The notes: generated by a model not told the origin, from the sequence alone. Counted from the first letter of the stretch, positions 22,195 through 32,286 are shown. The stretch: DNA of 64,000 bases from Alphaproteobacteria bacterium (GCA_965214705.1 OZ243972.1:64001-128000), one strand, 5' to 3'. Made by a program: numbers and translations.

Positions 22195-24099
22195 ATGCTG
22201 CAATCCATGCGCCAGGCCACCAAGTCGTGGGCGAGCCGCGCCGTCATCATCGTCCTGGCCTTGAGCTTCGGGGCCTGGGGCATCAATGACGTGTTTACCG
22301 GCGGCAGCCGCTCGGCGGTGGCGACGGTGGGCGACGTCGACGTTCCCACGGTCCTCTTCGACCGCCAGTTCCAGCGCGCCCTGCAGCGCGAGCGGGACCG
22401 CTCCGGCCGCCCCGATCTGACCCGCGACGAGGCCCACCAGGCCGGGCTCACTGGCCAGGTGCTCAACCTCCTCGTCCGCGAGTACCTGCTGGACGCCGAG
22501 GCATCCAAGCTCGGGCTGAGCGCGGCGGACTTCAGCGTCAGGCAGGAGCTCGAGGCCTCGCCGGCGTTCTCCAACGAGCAGGGCAGGTTCGATCCCGAGC
22601 TCTACGATCTCGTCCTCGAACGCAACAACATGACCCGGACCGAGTATGAGGACCTGATTCGCATCGACCTTCTCCGCGATCAGATCCTCACCTCCGTGGG
22701 CGGTGACCGTAACGTGCCGGAAGCGATGACCGATGCCCTCCACCGCTACCGGGCGGAGGAGCGGAGCGCCCGGCTCGCCGTGATTCCCGCGCGCGGCATC
22801 GGCGGCCTTACCGAGCCGGGAGAGGCCGCCATCCAGGCCTATTACGACGAGAATGCGACATCCTTCATGGCACCCGAGCGGCGCAGCGCGGTGATCGTGC
22901 ATCTCACGCCCCAAGCCATGGTCGCGGAGATCGAGCTGAGCGACGAAGACGTCTACGCCGAATACGAAGCCCGGATCGACGAGTTCGAGTTGCCGGAACG
23001 ACGCGCGGTCATCCAGATCAACGCCCAGGACGAGGCGCTGATTCGGGAAGCCACTCAGAGGCTGGCGGAAGGCGAGGATTTCGACACTGTCGCCGACGAC
23101 CTCGACCGGCGCGGGGCGAGCGTGCTGACCATCCCCGATTTCGAGGCCGACGGACCGCTCAGGGACGCGAGCGAGGCGGTCTTCCGCCTCTCCGAGGGCT
23201 CGGTCAGCGACCCGGTGCAAACCCCGTTCGGCTGGCACCTCTTCAAGGTCGAGAAGGTGGAGCCGGCGCGGCGCCAGAGCTTCGAGGAGGTGAAGCAGGA
23301 GCTGCACGACGAGATGGCGCTCGACCTCGCGGGCGCGGGACTCTTCCGCCTCTCCACCGTGCTGGAGGACGAGCTCGGCGGCGGCGCCTCCCTGGAGATG
23401 GGCGCGGCCGCGGTCGGCGTCGAGCCGATCGTCGTCAACGGTATCACCCGGACCGGGCTCGACCGGGGCGGCTCCCCGGTGCTCGTCGAGCTGGCCGAGC
23501 GCGACGACATTCTGACGCTCATCTACGAGACGACGGAGGGGAGCGAATCGCTCCAGACCGAACTCGGCGATGGCAGCTTCGTCATCCTGCGGGTGGACGA
23601 GGTGGTCGTGCCAGCGCCGCGCCCCCTGGAGGCAGTGCGGAGCCAGGTGCGTTCGGCGCTGGTGCGCGCGGAGGAGCAAGGGGCCGCCGAGCGGGTGGCG
23701 AATACCCTGGCCGACCGGGTCCGGGCCGGCGAGGACCTCGATGCGGCCGCCCGCGACGCGGGTTTCAGGGTGACTACGCTGGAGAACGTGCGGCGCGATG
23801 GGCAGGGCGCGGCGTCGGACACCTCGTTTGCACTGATCCGGGGCCTGTTCGAGGGCGACGAAGGCAGCCGGGAGCCGATCGTGGCGCCGACCGCCGACGG
23901 GTGGGCCGTCGCGATGCTCACACAGGTCTCCGACGCCGGCCGGAGCGCGACCGGAGACGAGCGCGACCGACTGCGCGACCAGCTTTCGCGCGCATGGCGT
24001 GGTGATCTCACGGATGTCTACCGGGCGTCGCTCTACGGCCGGCACGATATCTCGGTCAACCAGGGCACGCTCTCGGCCCTGTTCAACCAACAAAATTAG
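22195..24099 (+). CDS. ppiD: PpiD/SurA-type membrane-anchored periplasmic chaperone
   Basis: MLQSMR...LSFGAWGI N-terminal anchor, PERR, SDPVQTPFGWHLFKV; divergent from tpiA. Confidence 0.88.
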   Translation: MLQSMRQATKSWASRAVIIVLALSFGAWGINDVFTGGSRSAVATVGDVDVPTVLFDRQFQRALQRERDRSGRPDLTRDEAHQAGLTGQVLNLLVREYLLDAEASKLGLSAADFSVRQELEASPAFSNEQGRFDPELYDLVLERNNMTRTEYEDLIRIDLLRDQILTSVGGDRNVPEAMTDALHRYRAEERSARLAVIPARGIGGLTEPGEAAIQAYYDENATSFMAPERRSAVIVHLTPQAMVAEIELSDEDVYAEYEARIDEFELPERRAVIQINAQDEALIREATQRLAEGEDFDTVADDLDRRGASVLTIPDFEADGPLRDASEAVFRLSEGSVSDPVQTPFGWHLFKVEKVEPARRQSFEEVKQELHDEMALDLAGAGLFRLSTVLEDELGGGASLEMGAAAVGVEPIVVNGITRTGLDRGGSPVLVELAERDDILTLIYETTEGSESLQTELGDGSFVILRVDEVVVPAPRPLEAVRSQVRSALVRAEEQGAAERVANTLADRVRAGEDLDAAARDAGFRVTTLENVRRDGQGAASDTSFALIRGLFEGDEGSREPIVAPTADGWAVAMLTQVSDAGRSATGDERDRLRDQLSRAWRGDLTDVYRASLYGRHDISVNQGTLSALFNQQN

Positions 24100-24106
24100 T
24101 AGAGGG

Positions 24107-24733
24107 CTACGGCGCCGCGGGCCGGCGGGCGACCACGTACCTCACGACATCGTCGATCAGGAAGCGGTCCTCGGCGAGCACGAGACCGGCGGGCTCGACA
24201 TGGCGGTGCGGCTCGCGGTCGAAGCCCGCGCCGTAGGCCCACCGCACCCAAGGCGCCCACAGGCGCATGATGAGCCGCCGACCCGGCTGCTTGGACCACG
24301 TGTAGTCGAGCAGGCGGATCTCGCCGCCGGGCCTCACGATGCGCCCGAGCTCTTCGAGCGCCGCCTGCTGCTGATCGGGCCTGAGAACGCAGAAAACGAA
24401 GCTCGCGACGATCCCGTCGAAGCTTGAGTCCGCGAATCCGGTCCTGAGCACATCCATTGCCGCGAGCGGCGCGTCGCTGCCCAGCGCATCGCGCCGGGCG
24501 CGGGCCTGCGCGAGCATCGCCTGCGAGAGATCGACCCCGATGACCTCCGCGTCCGCCGGATAGTAGGGGAGGTTGCGGCCGGTCCCGACGCCGGCGTCCA
24601 GAATCCGCCCCGTGAGCCCAGCGAACAGCGTGCCGCGGATCGGCGCATAGCGCTTGCGCTCGAACGACCCATCGAGGAAGTCGTAGAAGCGCGCGATGCG
24701 CCGATACGTCGCGCGCGCGTCACCGGCGCTCAT
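24107..24733 (-). CDS. Class I SAM-dependent methyltransferase (PmtA/UbiE-like)
   Basis: YRRIARFYD, ILDAGVGTG, GVDLS, RIVRPGG. Confidence 0.85.
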   Translation of the reverse strand: MSAGDARATYRRIARFYDFLDGSFERKRYAPIRGTLFAGLTGRILDAGVGTGRNLPYYPADAEVIGVDLSQAMLAQARARRDALGSDAPLAAMDVLRTGFADSSFDGIVASFVFCVLRPDQQQAALEELGRIVRPGGEIRLLDYTWSKQPGRRLIMRLWAPWVRWAYGAGFDREPHRHVEPAGLVLAEDRFLIDDVVRYVVARRPAAP

Positions 24734-24765
24734 AGCCGCGCCCCGCCGGAGCTAGGTAAGCGGCG

Positions 24766-25041
24766 CTATCGCCCGACCAGTTCGGCTGCAATGCGTCTTG
24801 CGCGGTCGGTAAAGCCCTCGACACTCTCGCCCTCGAAGCGCTGACGGAAGCGCTCGGCGGCTTCGGTGATGTGGGCCTCGATCTTCTCCTGCGACGGCTT
24901 TCGCTTCGGCGGGACGAGTTCGCGCAGCACCGCCTCAGCGGCGAGCAGGCGGCAGGCCTGATCGACGACCATCATTTCCAGAGCCAGGATCAGCTCGTCC
25001 CTCTTCTCCAGCTCCTCCTGAATGTTCCGCGGGATCGGCAT
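24766..25041 (-). CDS. Hypothetical protein, 91 aa, helical
   Basis: MPIPRNIQEELEK... preceded by an AAGGGAG RBS; charged helical composition. Confidence 0.6.
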   Translation of the reverse strand: MPIPRNIQEELEKRDELILALEMMVVDQACRLLAAEAVLRELVPPKRKPSQEKIEAHITEAAERFRQRFEGESVEGFTDRARRIAAELVGR

Positions 25042-25117
25042 CGTTTCACTCCCTTGACCGCGATCGGTATCCTGCGCCTGAGAGACGGCGATCTTACTCG
25101 AAAGCGACGGAAACATC

Positions 25118-25606
25118 GTGGCGCGACGCCGCAAGACCGGAGTGCCAGCGAAGCGGCGATGGCTTCGCTACGGCATCATCGTCGGAATTCTTCTGCTGTT
25201 CGTGATCGTCTACGAGACCGGTCAGCAGTTGCGCCGCGGCAATACCGGAGCGGAACAACACGCCGCAGCACCTGGGGCCGAAGAGCCCGTCGATCCCGAA
25301 GATTCCGTGCGCCGGATCAAGAACTACTACCGCTCCCACGATCTGCCGGCCGGCTGGGAGGTGGGCGACACCGTGCGGGCCGCTACGGGCGCGGTCGAGG
25401 TGGAGGTCTACTTCTCCCCCGGCATCCGCTCGGCACGCCACGGCGAAGCCGCGCGTCCCCGCGAGATCGGGCGGCACAACGCCTGCCCGACCGAGGAATC
25501 GGACCTCTGGGGCGAGCTCGCAGAAGCCGCCTTCGAGATCGAGGTGAACGACAAGACCGGGGTGATCGACCGCTTCGCCTGCACCCCGCCCGCACCGGCC
25601 GGGTGA
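25118..25606 (+). CDS. Hypothetical membrane-anchored protein
   Basis: Single N-terminal TM (YGIIVGILLLFVIVY); soluble domain with two Cys. Confidence 0.6.
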   Translation: MARRRKTGVPAKRRWLRYGIIVGILLLFVIVYETGQQLRRGNTGAEQHAAAPGAEEPVDPEDSVRRIKNYYRSHDLPAGWEVGDTVRAATGAVEVEVYFSPGIRSARHGEAARPREIGRHNACPTEESDLWGELAEAAFEIEVNDKTGVIDRFACTPPAPAG

Positions 25607-25616
25607 GAATACTGCC

Positions 25617-26378
25617 CTACACAGGCACCGGGTCGATGAGCACGTCGGCGTCGCTCGCGGCCTTGCCGCGCCACTGGGCGACGAGGCGCATGCCTTGCGC
25701 CTTCTCGTCCGACGACATCTCCTTGACCACGGCCTCCAGGGCGGTGAGCGCACTGCCGATGCCATGCCGGGCGGCGAGCGAGAGCCACAGGAAGGCCTGA
25801 ACCCGGTCCCGCTTCACGCCCTCGCCCGCCAGGTACATGTGGCCGAGACGCGCCTGGGACTGGTAGTGCCCCGTTTCCGCCGCCTTGCGGTACCACTCGG
25901 CGGCGCGGGTGTGGTTCTGCGGCACGCCGTTGCCCTGGCTGTAGAGCACGCCGAGGTTGAAGCGGGCGTTGGCATCGCCGCCGCGGGCCGCGCGCCGCAG
26001 CCAGCGCACCGCCTCCGCCATGTCCTGGGCGACGCCGCTGCCCATGGCGTACATCGCGCCGACGTTGCTCTGGGCCAGCACGTTCCTGCCCTCGGCCGAC
26101 TTGAGATACCAGGCGAACGCCGCCGCCGCGTCGGCCTCGACGCCATCGCCGTTGGCGTAGAGCGAGCCGACCCAGGCCTGCGCCTCGGCGTTGCCGCCTT
26201 CCGCCAGCGGCAGCCAGAGCGCCCGCGCGCGGTCGAAGTCGCGGGCCATGTAGGCGCGCCGCCCCTCCTCGATGGCGTCGGTCTCCTGGCTGACCCGCGC
26301 CGCCCGCGCTCCGTCGTTGCGGGTCTTGGCCGGGCGCCGCGCCTTACGGGACGGTCCGCTCGCTCTTCTTGTAGACAT
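25617..26378 (-). CDS. Sel1-like repeat protein
   Basis: Repeats AQ..G.(M/L)Y..G.GV..D...A..W...AA..G; start uncertain. Confidence 0.88.
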   Translation of the reverse strand: MSTRRASGPSRKARRPAKTRNDGARAARVSQETDAIEEGRRAYMARDFDRARALWLPLAEGGNAEAQAWVGSLYANGDGVEADAAAAFAWYLKSAEGRNVLAQSNVGAMYAMGSGVAQDMAEAVRWLRRAARGGDANARFNLGVLYSQGNGVPQNHTRAAEWYRKAAETGHYQSQARLGHMYLAGEGVKRDRVQAFLWLSLAARHGIGSALTALEAVVKEMSSDEKAQGMRLVAQWRGKAASDADVLIDPVPV

Positions 26379-26649
26379 AGACGCAGTCCGTATCTTCGTC
26401 GCCGTCATACACCAGCTCGCCGTCGGCCTTCAGCCGCCGCAGAAAATAGTCCTGGACCGTCTGCGCCGCGTAGAAGGTGAGCGCCTGCTTGTAGAGCCAG
26501 GGATCGGCGTCCTTGTCCACCTTGTGGACTTCGAAGAGAGTCTTCTTCGGGTCCGCGGCGATCCCGACGTAATAGTCGCCAAAGTCCCCGCCGAACTCCT
26601 TGATGTAGGCGAGGATCTCGTACTTGATTTGCTGGACGCTGAAGACCAT
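26344..26649 (-). CDS. Hypothetical protein, 101 aa, aromatic-rich
   Basis: ATG overlaps the stop of the Rieske-like gene; YYVGIA and VYVYKK motifs; coding-like composition. Confidence 0.75.
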   Translation of the reverse strand: MVFSVQQIKYEILAYIKEFGGDFGDYYVGIAADPKKTLFEVHKVDKDADPWLYKQALTFYAAQTVQDYFLRRLKADGELVYDGDEDTDCVYVYKKSERTVP

Positions 26650-27770
26650 CAGCGCACGGCGGCCACGTAGAGCGGGCCCGCCTGGTGGACCTCGTGGCGC
26701 TTCAGCAGCCGCCCGATCACGTAGGCCTGCAGTAGGTGGGCGGCCCTGTCCTCTTCGAGCGGGAGCGCATCGAGGCGCGTCTCCGGCTTGGAAGGCGTCC
26801 CGAACCGCGCCAGCTCCTTTTGCTGAGCCGCCGCCTCGCCACCGGCCTGTTCGAGCGCCGCGCGCAACGTCTCGACTTGCGCGGGCTCGATCGGCCGCGC
26901 CGCGATGACCCTGACCCGGGCCAGCGTCTCCTCCAGCGCGGTGGGCTGCAGCACGATGCTCACCAGGAGGTCTTCGGCGCGCAGCAGGATCAGGTTGGGC
27001 AAGAGCCAGAAGACCGTGGCGGGCTCGTCCGAATAGTCGGCGTCTGCCCGGAGTACGATGGCATCGCCGCCCGCCTTCTTCACGGCCTTGGCCTCAGGCG
27101 CGAGAGAGCGCAGGAGTGCGCGGCCGAGCAGCTTCCAGTTGGCGCCGTATTCCACCCAGAAGCTCTCGGCATTCTCCCAGTCCGCGGCGGCGTCGAGATC
27201 GAGGGCCTCGGCCACGCCATCCAGCCGGTCGGCGAGCGGTCCGGCCTCGGGGTCGAGATTGACGAAGAGGATCGGCCCCTCGCTCTCCACCGTTACCGGC
27301 AGCAGGCGCTCGGGCCGGTAGCCGAGATACTGGCGCATGGTCGGCGTGTTGTCGCCGAGCTCGTCGGCGGCGATCACCCCGCGATCCCGGCTGTAGCCGC
27401 ACGAGGTGAACGAGCATCTGGTCTTGGAGCCGGTCTGGCACTGGGCCGGTACGAAGCGGCAGCCGCCGTGCTGCGCCAGATTGTAGCGCCCGATCAGCCC
27501 GTCATCGCCGCGTTGCACGTGAACGCCGTGGTTGCCGACCGTATAGGGCAGCAGGTCGCCGACATTGGGAATATCGCGCTGGGAGCCGACGCAGACCCAG
27601 CTCCGGGTCCAGATCTTCTCGTCCTCCAGGTCGGCGAAGACCTTGGAGCGGTAGGCGATGGGCGTGAGGATGCTCGCCTTGCCGAAGCGGCCGCGCGACG
27701 GCCTGTAGAGAGCGGGATCCTGAAGATCGACGCCCTCGTCCACGTAGTCGAGATCGGGCCGCATCGTCAT
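26649..27770 (-). CDS. Rieske-oxygenase alpha-subunit homologue with non-canonical metal ligands
   Basis: Y....F...E..KIW..SW.CVG....IPN.GD, LFVNLD and ANWK are retained; CxH/CxxH and the mononuclear Fe motif are altered. Confidence 0.8.
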   Translation of the reverse strand: MTMRPDLDYVDEGVDLQDPALYRPSRGRFGKASILTPIAYRSKVFADLEDEKIWTRSWVCVGSQRDIPNVGDLLPYTVGNHGVHVQRGDDGLIGRYNLAQHGGCRFVPAQCQTGSKTRCSFTSCGYSRDRGVIAADELGDNTPTMRQYLGYRPERLLPVTVESEGPILFVNLDPEAGPLADRLDGVAEALDLDAAADWENAESFWVEYGANWKLLGRALLRSLAPEAKAVKKAGGDAIVLRADADYSDEPATVFWLLPNLILLRAEDLLVSIVLQPTALEETLARVRVIAARPIEPAQVETLRAALEQAGGEAAAQQKELARFGTPSKPETRLDALPLEEDRAAHLLQAYVIGRLLKRHEVHQAGPLYVAAVR

Positions 27771-27842
27771 CGGGCCAGACCCTCGGCCGCACCGGGATGG
27801 GGCGGGTGCACCGCCCGCCCCGCCCGTGTCTGCGGCGAACCC

Positions 27843-30248
27843 CTACTTCCGCTTCTTGTTGAGCGGCGGGTCGTAATCGGCGCGGCCACGATGCTTGATC
27901 GCGCTGCGCGGCGGCGGTGGTAGCGGGCCGTCTTGCGCGAAGCGGTCGAGCACGTTCTTCACCAGCCGCGAGATGTTGTTCTTCTCGGGATCGCCGTTGT
28001 TCCACGGCAGCGACCCGCAGAACGCGATCGAGCTGAACGCGAAGCACGCACCGCCGTTGGGCGTCTCGTGATAGGCGATGTCCGAGCGCACGCGGGGGTG
28101 CTGGGTGCCGTCGAGGCCCTGCTGGTTGAAGCCGAAGTCCTCCATCACCAGCAGGTAGCCCTCGGTATGGCGGCCCGCCGAGGTCGCGGTGATCAGCGTG
28201 TGCGGCGGCGAGCCGAGCAGGGTGTCGACGATGTCGAGCTCGGTGCCGGCGGCACCGCCGCCGACCAGGCCGAAGTTGCCGATCTTCTCGTCGTAGTCGA
28301 TGCCCTCGTAGGCCCACGAGACGCGCGGATCGTTACTCTCCGGCGTGCGCGAGTAGTAGCTGGAGATATCGAAGCCTTCGGACGACATGCCGGTGCCGGC
28401 GATCGAGTGCAGGTAGCGCCCACGATAGCGCCACATGCCGCCGAGCTCGCCGGTCGACTGGTGGTAGTACTCGCCGGGATCGGCCCGCCAGGTCCTGATG
28501 CCGGACTCGCAGCGGCGCATCTCGGTGATGATGCCGCGGCCGAGATGGTCGTAGGCCGGATGGTAGGAGTGGATCCAGTAGAAGCCGTCCGCGCCCATGT
28601 ACATGAACCGGCCGCCGCGCTGGGTGTAGTCGTGGATCGCGTCGAGCTGCGGCCCGGAGTTGTGCTCCGGATGCGAGCCCGTGATCACGACGTTGTAGTT
28701 CTCCAGCCGCGCGAGGCCGTCGTAGTTCACGTCCTCGTCGGTGATGACGTCGTACTTGTAGCCCAGCTGGTTGAGCCAGTAGATCAGGTGCAGGTCGGCC
28801 GGATACTGCCAGGGCGCCTGCATCAGGAAGTGGTCGTACTGCGGCCGGATGCTGAGGATCGGCCGCAGCCTCGACGAGAGGCAGAGGCCGCTGCCGTCCG
28901 TGTGGGTGTCGTAAATTGAGCCGCCGTACTCGCGGTGCTCGGCCAGGAACATGTTCTGGTGCTGCATGATCGGCACGCGGTAGACCAGCAGCTCCGCCCC
29001 GCCCGCGTTGTTGGCGAGATGCTCGTTGGCGTAGGCCATGTAGCTGATCGTCGGCATCATCACCGCGATCTTGGCCTGCTCCTCGCCGGGGCGCGGCACG
29101 ACGAAGAACGGAATGTAGTCCTCGTCGCCCTCGTCCGTGGTGAGCTTGACGCAATAGGAATCGCTCTCGTAGTTCGCCGGCACGGTCCACTCGAAGTCGA
29201 CCTCCCAGCGCGCATCGTCCACGTCGTCGTCGTGGAAGTGGATCGCGCCATATTCTTGCGGCGCATGCTTCCAGTCGAAGTTGTTGCCCGAGAAGTTGTG
29301 GCCGGTCATGGCCCGGGTCGGGCAGTTGACGATCTGCGCATCAAGTAGGTACGGCCCGTGGTCCTTGCCGACGATGGTGTTGATGCCGTCGGAGAAGTCC
29401 CAGGCGGCGACGATCGTCTCGGAGAGTGCGCCGGTCGGGCCGGAATTGCGCCGCTCGGTCATGCCGCGCTGGGCGCCGAGCTTCATGGTCTCGATCTCTT
29501 CGCGGCTCAGCGCGCGATTGCAGATCCGGGGGCTGTCGATCTTCCCGTTGTAGTGGCCGTTGATGATGATGCCCGCCGGCACCGAGGACTGCGCCGTGGG
29601 ATCGTTGCTGTGTGCGCCGGTGTAGCCGGCGATCACCGCCGGGCTCCCGTCATGCCTGACCGGCCCTTCGATCTTGTCCCTCGCGGGCCTGATCGCCGGG
29701 TCGAGGGCGTAGACCACCTGCGGCTCGTGATAGAGGATCGCCTGACCCGTCTCGGCGTTGTAGGTCGCGGCGAGGAAGTGCCAGGCATGGTCGCGCAGCG
29801 GCGCGCCGGTCGTGACCTTCTTGCCGTTGATGCGGAGCTCGGCGCAGCCGTCCTCGTTGATGAAGAGGCCGTAGCCCTTGTTCCTGTGCCACTTGGTGAC
29901 CAGGCCCTGGGCGCCGTGCTTCCAGTACTTGGGATGAGTCTTCGGCGTTGTCGGCCAGACCCAGCATTGCAACGTGAAGCTCTGCACGCGAAGCTGCGCG
30001 TTATCCTCCACGCAGCCGTAGGAGCCGCTATGGATGACCTGACGGCGGCCCTTGTAGGAGCCGTTGAGCGCCGCCCGCCTCTTGCGCTCGATCAGGCCCG
30101 GCCCGCGGGGGTTGGTGTCGCCGTTGATCATCTTCACGAGCTGGGCGTCGTAGGACTTCGGCCCGTCGCAATTCACATAGAAGCGGATCGTGTCGCCGGG
30201 ATGGACGCCGAACTTGTCCGCATATCCCGTCAGTCTCATCCAAGCCAT
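27843..30248 (-). CDS. dmfA2: N,N-dimethylformamidase large (beta) subunit-like
   Basis: GYAD..V.PG, LamG-like domain, YGAIHFHDDD, SYMAYANEH, SIYDTH.DG, GSHPE, E.RR, GTELD. Confidence 0.9.
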   Translation of the reverse strand: MAWMRLTGYADKFGVHPGDTIRFYVNCDGPKSYDAQLVKMINGDTNPRGPGLIERKRRAALNGSYKGRRQVIHSGSYGCVEDNAQLRVQSFTLQCWVWPTTPKTHPKYWKHGAQGLVTKWHRNKGYGLFINEDGCAELRINGKKVTTGAPLRDHAWHFLAATYNAETGQAILYHEPQVVYALDPAIRPARDKIEGPVRHDGSPAVIAGYTGAHSNDPTAQSSVPAGIIINGHYNGKIDSPRICNRALSREEIETMKLGAQRGMTERRNSGPTGALSETIVAAWDFSDGINTIVGKDHGPYLLDAQIVNCPTRAMTGHNFSGNNFDWKHAPQEYGAIHFHDDDVDDARWEVDFEWTVPANYESDSYCVKLTTDEGDEDYIPFFVVPRPGEEQAKIAVMMPTISYMAYANEHLANNAGGAELLVYRVPIMQHQNMFLAEHREYGGSIYDTHTDGSGLCLSSRLRPILSIRPQYDHFLMQAPWQYPADLHLIYWLNQLGYKYDVITDEDVNYDGLARLENYNVVITGSHPEHNSGPQLDAIHDYTQRGGRFMYMGADGFYWIHSYHPAYDHLGRGIITEMRRCESGIRTWRADPGEYYHQSTGELGGMWRYRGRYLHSIAGTGMSSEGFDISSYYSRTPESNDPRVSWAYEGIDYDEKIGNFGLVGGGAAGTELDIVDTLLGSPPHTLITATSAGRHTEGYLLVMEDFGFNQQGLDGTQHPRVRSDIAYHETPNGGACFAFSSIAFCGSLPWNNGDPEKNNISRLVKNVLDRFAQDGPLPPPPRSAIKHRGRADYDPPLNKKRK

Positions 30249-30347
30249 CGGGTGTCTCTCCCCTTAATCGCGCGGGCTTGTTCAGCCGCTCGCGCGCCTT
30301 GATCGGTTGCCGCGTGGAATCCCGGAATGATCGCCCGGACCTGAGCC

Positions 30348-30788
30348 CTAGGACGCGGCCCAGTTGTCGTCCCGGCGCTTCCAGCCCTGGTGGAAGTGCT
30401 CGGGGAAGCCGTCGGTCTCCGGGAACTCGTCGAGCCGCATCAGGAAGATGTCGTGCTGCGGGTCCTGCTCGTTGTCGTACACCTTGTCGGACACGAACTC
30501 CGGCGGCACGCCCCGGATGCCGGAGCACCGCGCAATGCGCCACTCCTTCTCGATCTTGGTGCAGACCACCACGAGCTTGCCCTTCGCCGGCTGGGCCCGC
30601 ATCCGCAGCAGCACGCGGTTGAGCTGGAAGTCCTCGTGAATGCCGCCGCCGACCTCGGTGGTGTCGCCCGGTGTCGCGCAGCGCAGGATCGAGCAGCCGG
30701 CAACGCCCTTCATGGACTCGATGCACGCCTTGTGCTCCTCGATGAGACGATCCCGATCGGGACTGCCTTTTGGCGGAATACGGATCAT
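30348..30788 (-). CDS. dmfA1: N,N-dimethylformamidase small (alpha) subunit-like
   Basis: LIEEH...L.RVL..MR.....GK......EW.I....G.RG.P.....H.IF..R pattern; directly upstream of the large subunit. Confidence 0.8.
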   Translation of the reverse strand: MIRIPPKGSPDRDRLIEEHKACIESMKGVAGCSILRCATPGDTTEVGGGIHEDFQLNRVLLRMRAQPAKGKLVVVCTKIEKEWRIARCSGIRGVPPEFVSDKVYDNEQDPQHDIFLMRLDEFPETDGFPEHFHQGWKRRDDNWAAS

Positions 30789-30830
30789 TCTGGGTCCCCC
30801 CTCGCGTCTACTGCCTCGGCCCTCTTGTGC

Positions 30831-31529
30831 CTAGATCGTCAGGTACTTGTCGACGACCTCGTCGGTCAATCCGTCGATGGGGCCACCCTCGACGACCAGA
30901 CCGTTGTCCATGATGACGAACTCGTGCGAGAGCTCACGCGCAACCTTGATGTGTTGCTCCGTGAGCACGAGCGTGAGCCCGACCTCGGTGTTGAGCCGCA
31001 TGATCGTGGCCTCGAGCTCCTGCACGATGTTGGGTTGGATGCCTTCCGTCGGCTCGTCCAACAGCAGGATCTTCGGATCGGTCGCGAGCGCGCGCGAGAT
31101 CGCGAGCTGCTGCTGCTGACCGCCCGAGAGCTGCCCCGCCCGCTTGTCCAGGTTCTCGGCCAGGTAAGGGAAAAGGTCGAGGCACATGTCGGGGATCTTC
31201 CGCCGCTTGTCGTTGCGGGCGAAGGTCCCGAGCAGGATGTTCTCGCGCACCGAGAACTTGGGCAGGATGCCGCGCCCCTGCGGGATGTAGCCGATGCCGA
31301 TCTCGGAGCGCTGGTGCGTGGGCATGTCGCTCGCGTCCTCGCCGGCGATCCTGAGCGTGCCGGTCATGCGCGTGGTCAGCCCCATGATGGTGCGCACCAG
31401 CGTCGTCTTGCCGACACCGTTCCGCCCCAGCACCGCCACACAGTGGCCGTGGGGAACCCCCAGGCTCACGTTCTGGAGGATCGGCGTCTTCCCGTAGTAG
31501 GAAGTGACGCCTTCCAGCTCAAGCAGCAT
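30831..31529 (-). CDS. urtE: Urea/amide ABC transporter ATPase (UrtE-like)
   Basis: GRNGVGKTT, YIPQGR, LSGGQQQQL, DEPTEGIQP. Confidence 0.88.
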   Translation of the reverse strand: MLLELEGVTSYYGKTPILQNVSLGVPHGHCVAVLGRNGVGKTTLVRTIMGLTTRMTGTLRIAGEDASDMPTHQRSEIGIGYIPQGRGILPKFSVRENILLGTFARNDKRRKIPDMCLDLFPYLAENLDKRAGQLSGGQQQQLAISRALATDPKILLLDEPTEGIQPNIVQELEATIMRLNTEVGLTLVLTEQHIKVARELSHEFVIMDNGLVVEGGPIDGLTDEVVDKYLTI

Positions 31530-32274
31530 CGCTGATGCCCTCGGCGCCGAGATAGACCTCGCGCACCTTCGGATCGTTCTCCACCTCGTGCATGGGGCCC
31601 TCCGCCAGTGTCTTGCCCAGGTGCATGAGCGTGATGATGTCGGCGATCTCGCGCACGAACGCCATGTCGTGCTCGACCACGACGAGAGTTCGCGTTCCCT
31701 TCAGCCGGTTGAAGATTTCAGAGGTGCGGTGGGTCTCCTGCTCGGTCATGCCGGCAGTGGGCTCGTCCATGAGCAGGAGCTTGGGGTCCTGGGTGAGCAC
31801 CATGCCAATCTCGAGCCACTGGGTCTCGCCGTGGCTCAGGTTGCCGCCGAGCTCGTCCAGCCGTTCCTGGAGCCCGACAAGCTCGACGATCTCGTCCAGC
31901 CGGTCGCGCCCCGCCCGCTGGCGGAACGTGATCATGTTGACGAAGGGATTGGTGTTCCGGCTATTGGCGACCTGCAGATTCTCACGCACGGTGAGGTCCC
32001 TGAACACCGCCGGCACCTGGAACTTGCGACCGATCCCGTGCTTCACGATCCGGTGCTCCGGCAGGCCCGTGATTTCGCGCCCCTGGAACATGATCTTGCC
32101 CGCCGTCACCTTCTGACGGCCGGTGATCAGGTCCATCGTCGTGGTTTTGCCCGCACCGTTCGGCCCCAGCAGGCAGCGCAGCTCGCCCTCATCGACCTGG
32201 AAGCTGAATTCGTCGACGACCTTGTACTCGTCGTAGGCCTTGGTCACCTCCGTGACTTCCAGAATCGCGCTCAC
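31519..32274 (-). CDS. urtD: Urea/amide ABC transporter ATPase (UrtD-like)
   Basis: GPNGAGKTT, GRKFQ, LSHGETQWLEIGM. Confidence 0.88.
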   Translation of the reverse strand: MSAILEVTEVTKAYDEYKVVDEFSFQVDEGELRCLLGPNGAGKTTTMDLITGRQKVTAGKIMFQGREITGLPEHRIVKHGIGRKFQVPAVFRDLTVRENLQVANSRNTNPFVNMITFRQRAGRDRLDEIVELVGLQERLDELGGNLSHGETQWLEIGMVLTQDPKLLLMDEPTAGMTEQETHRTSEIFNRLKGTRTLVVVEHDMAFVREIADIITLMHLGKTLAEGPMHEVENDPKVREVYLGAEGISDAA

Positions 32275-32286
32275 GCCCGCGTCCTC

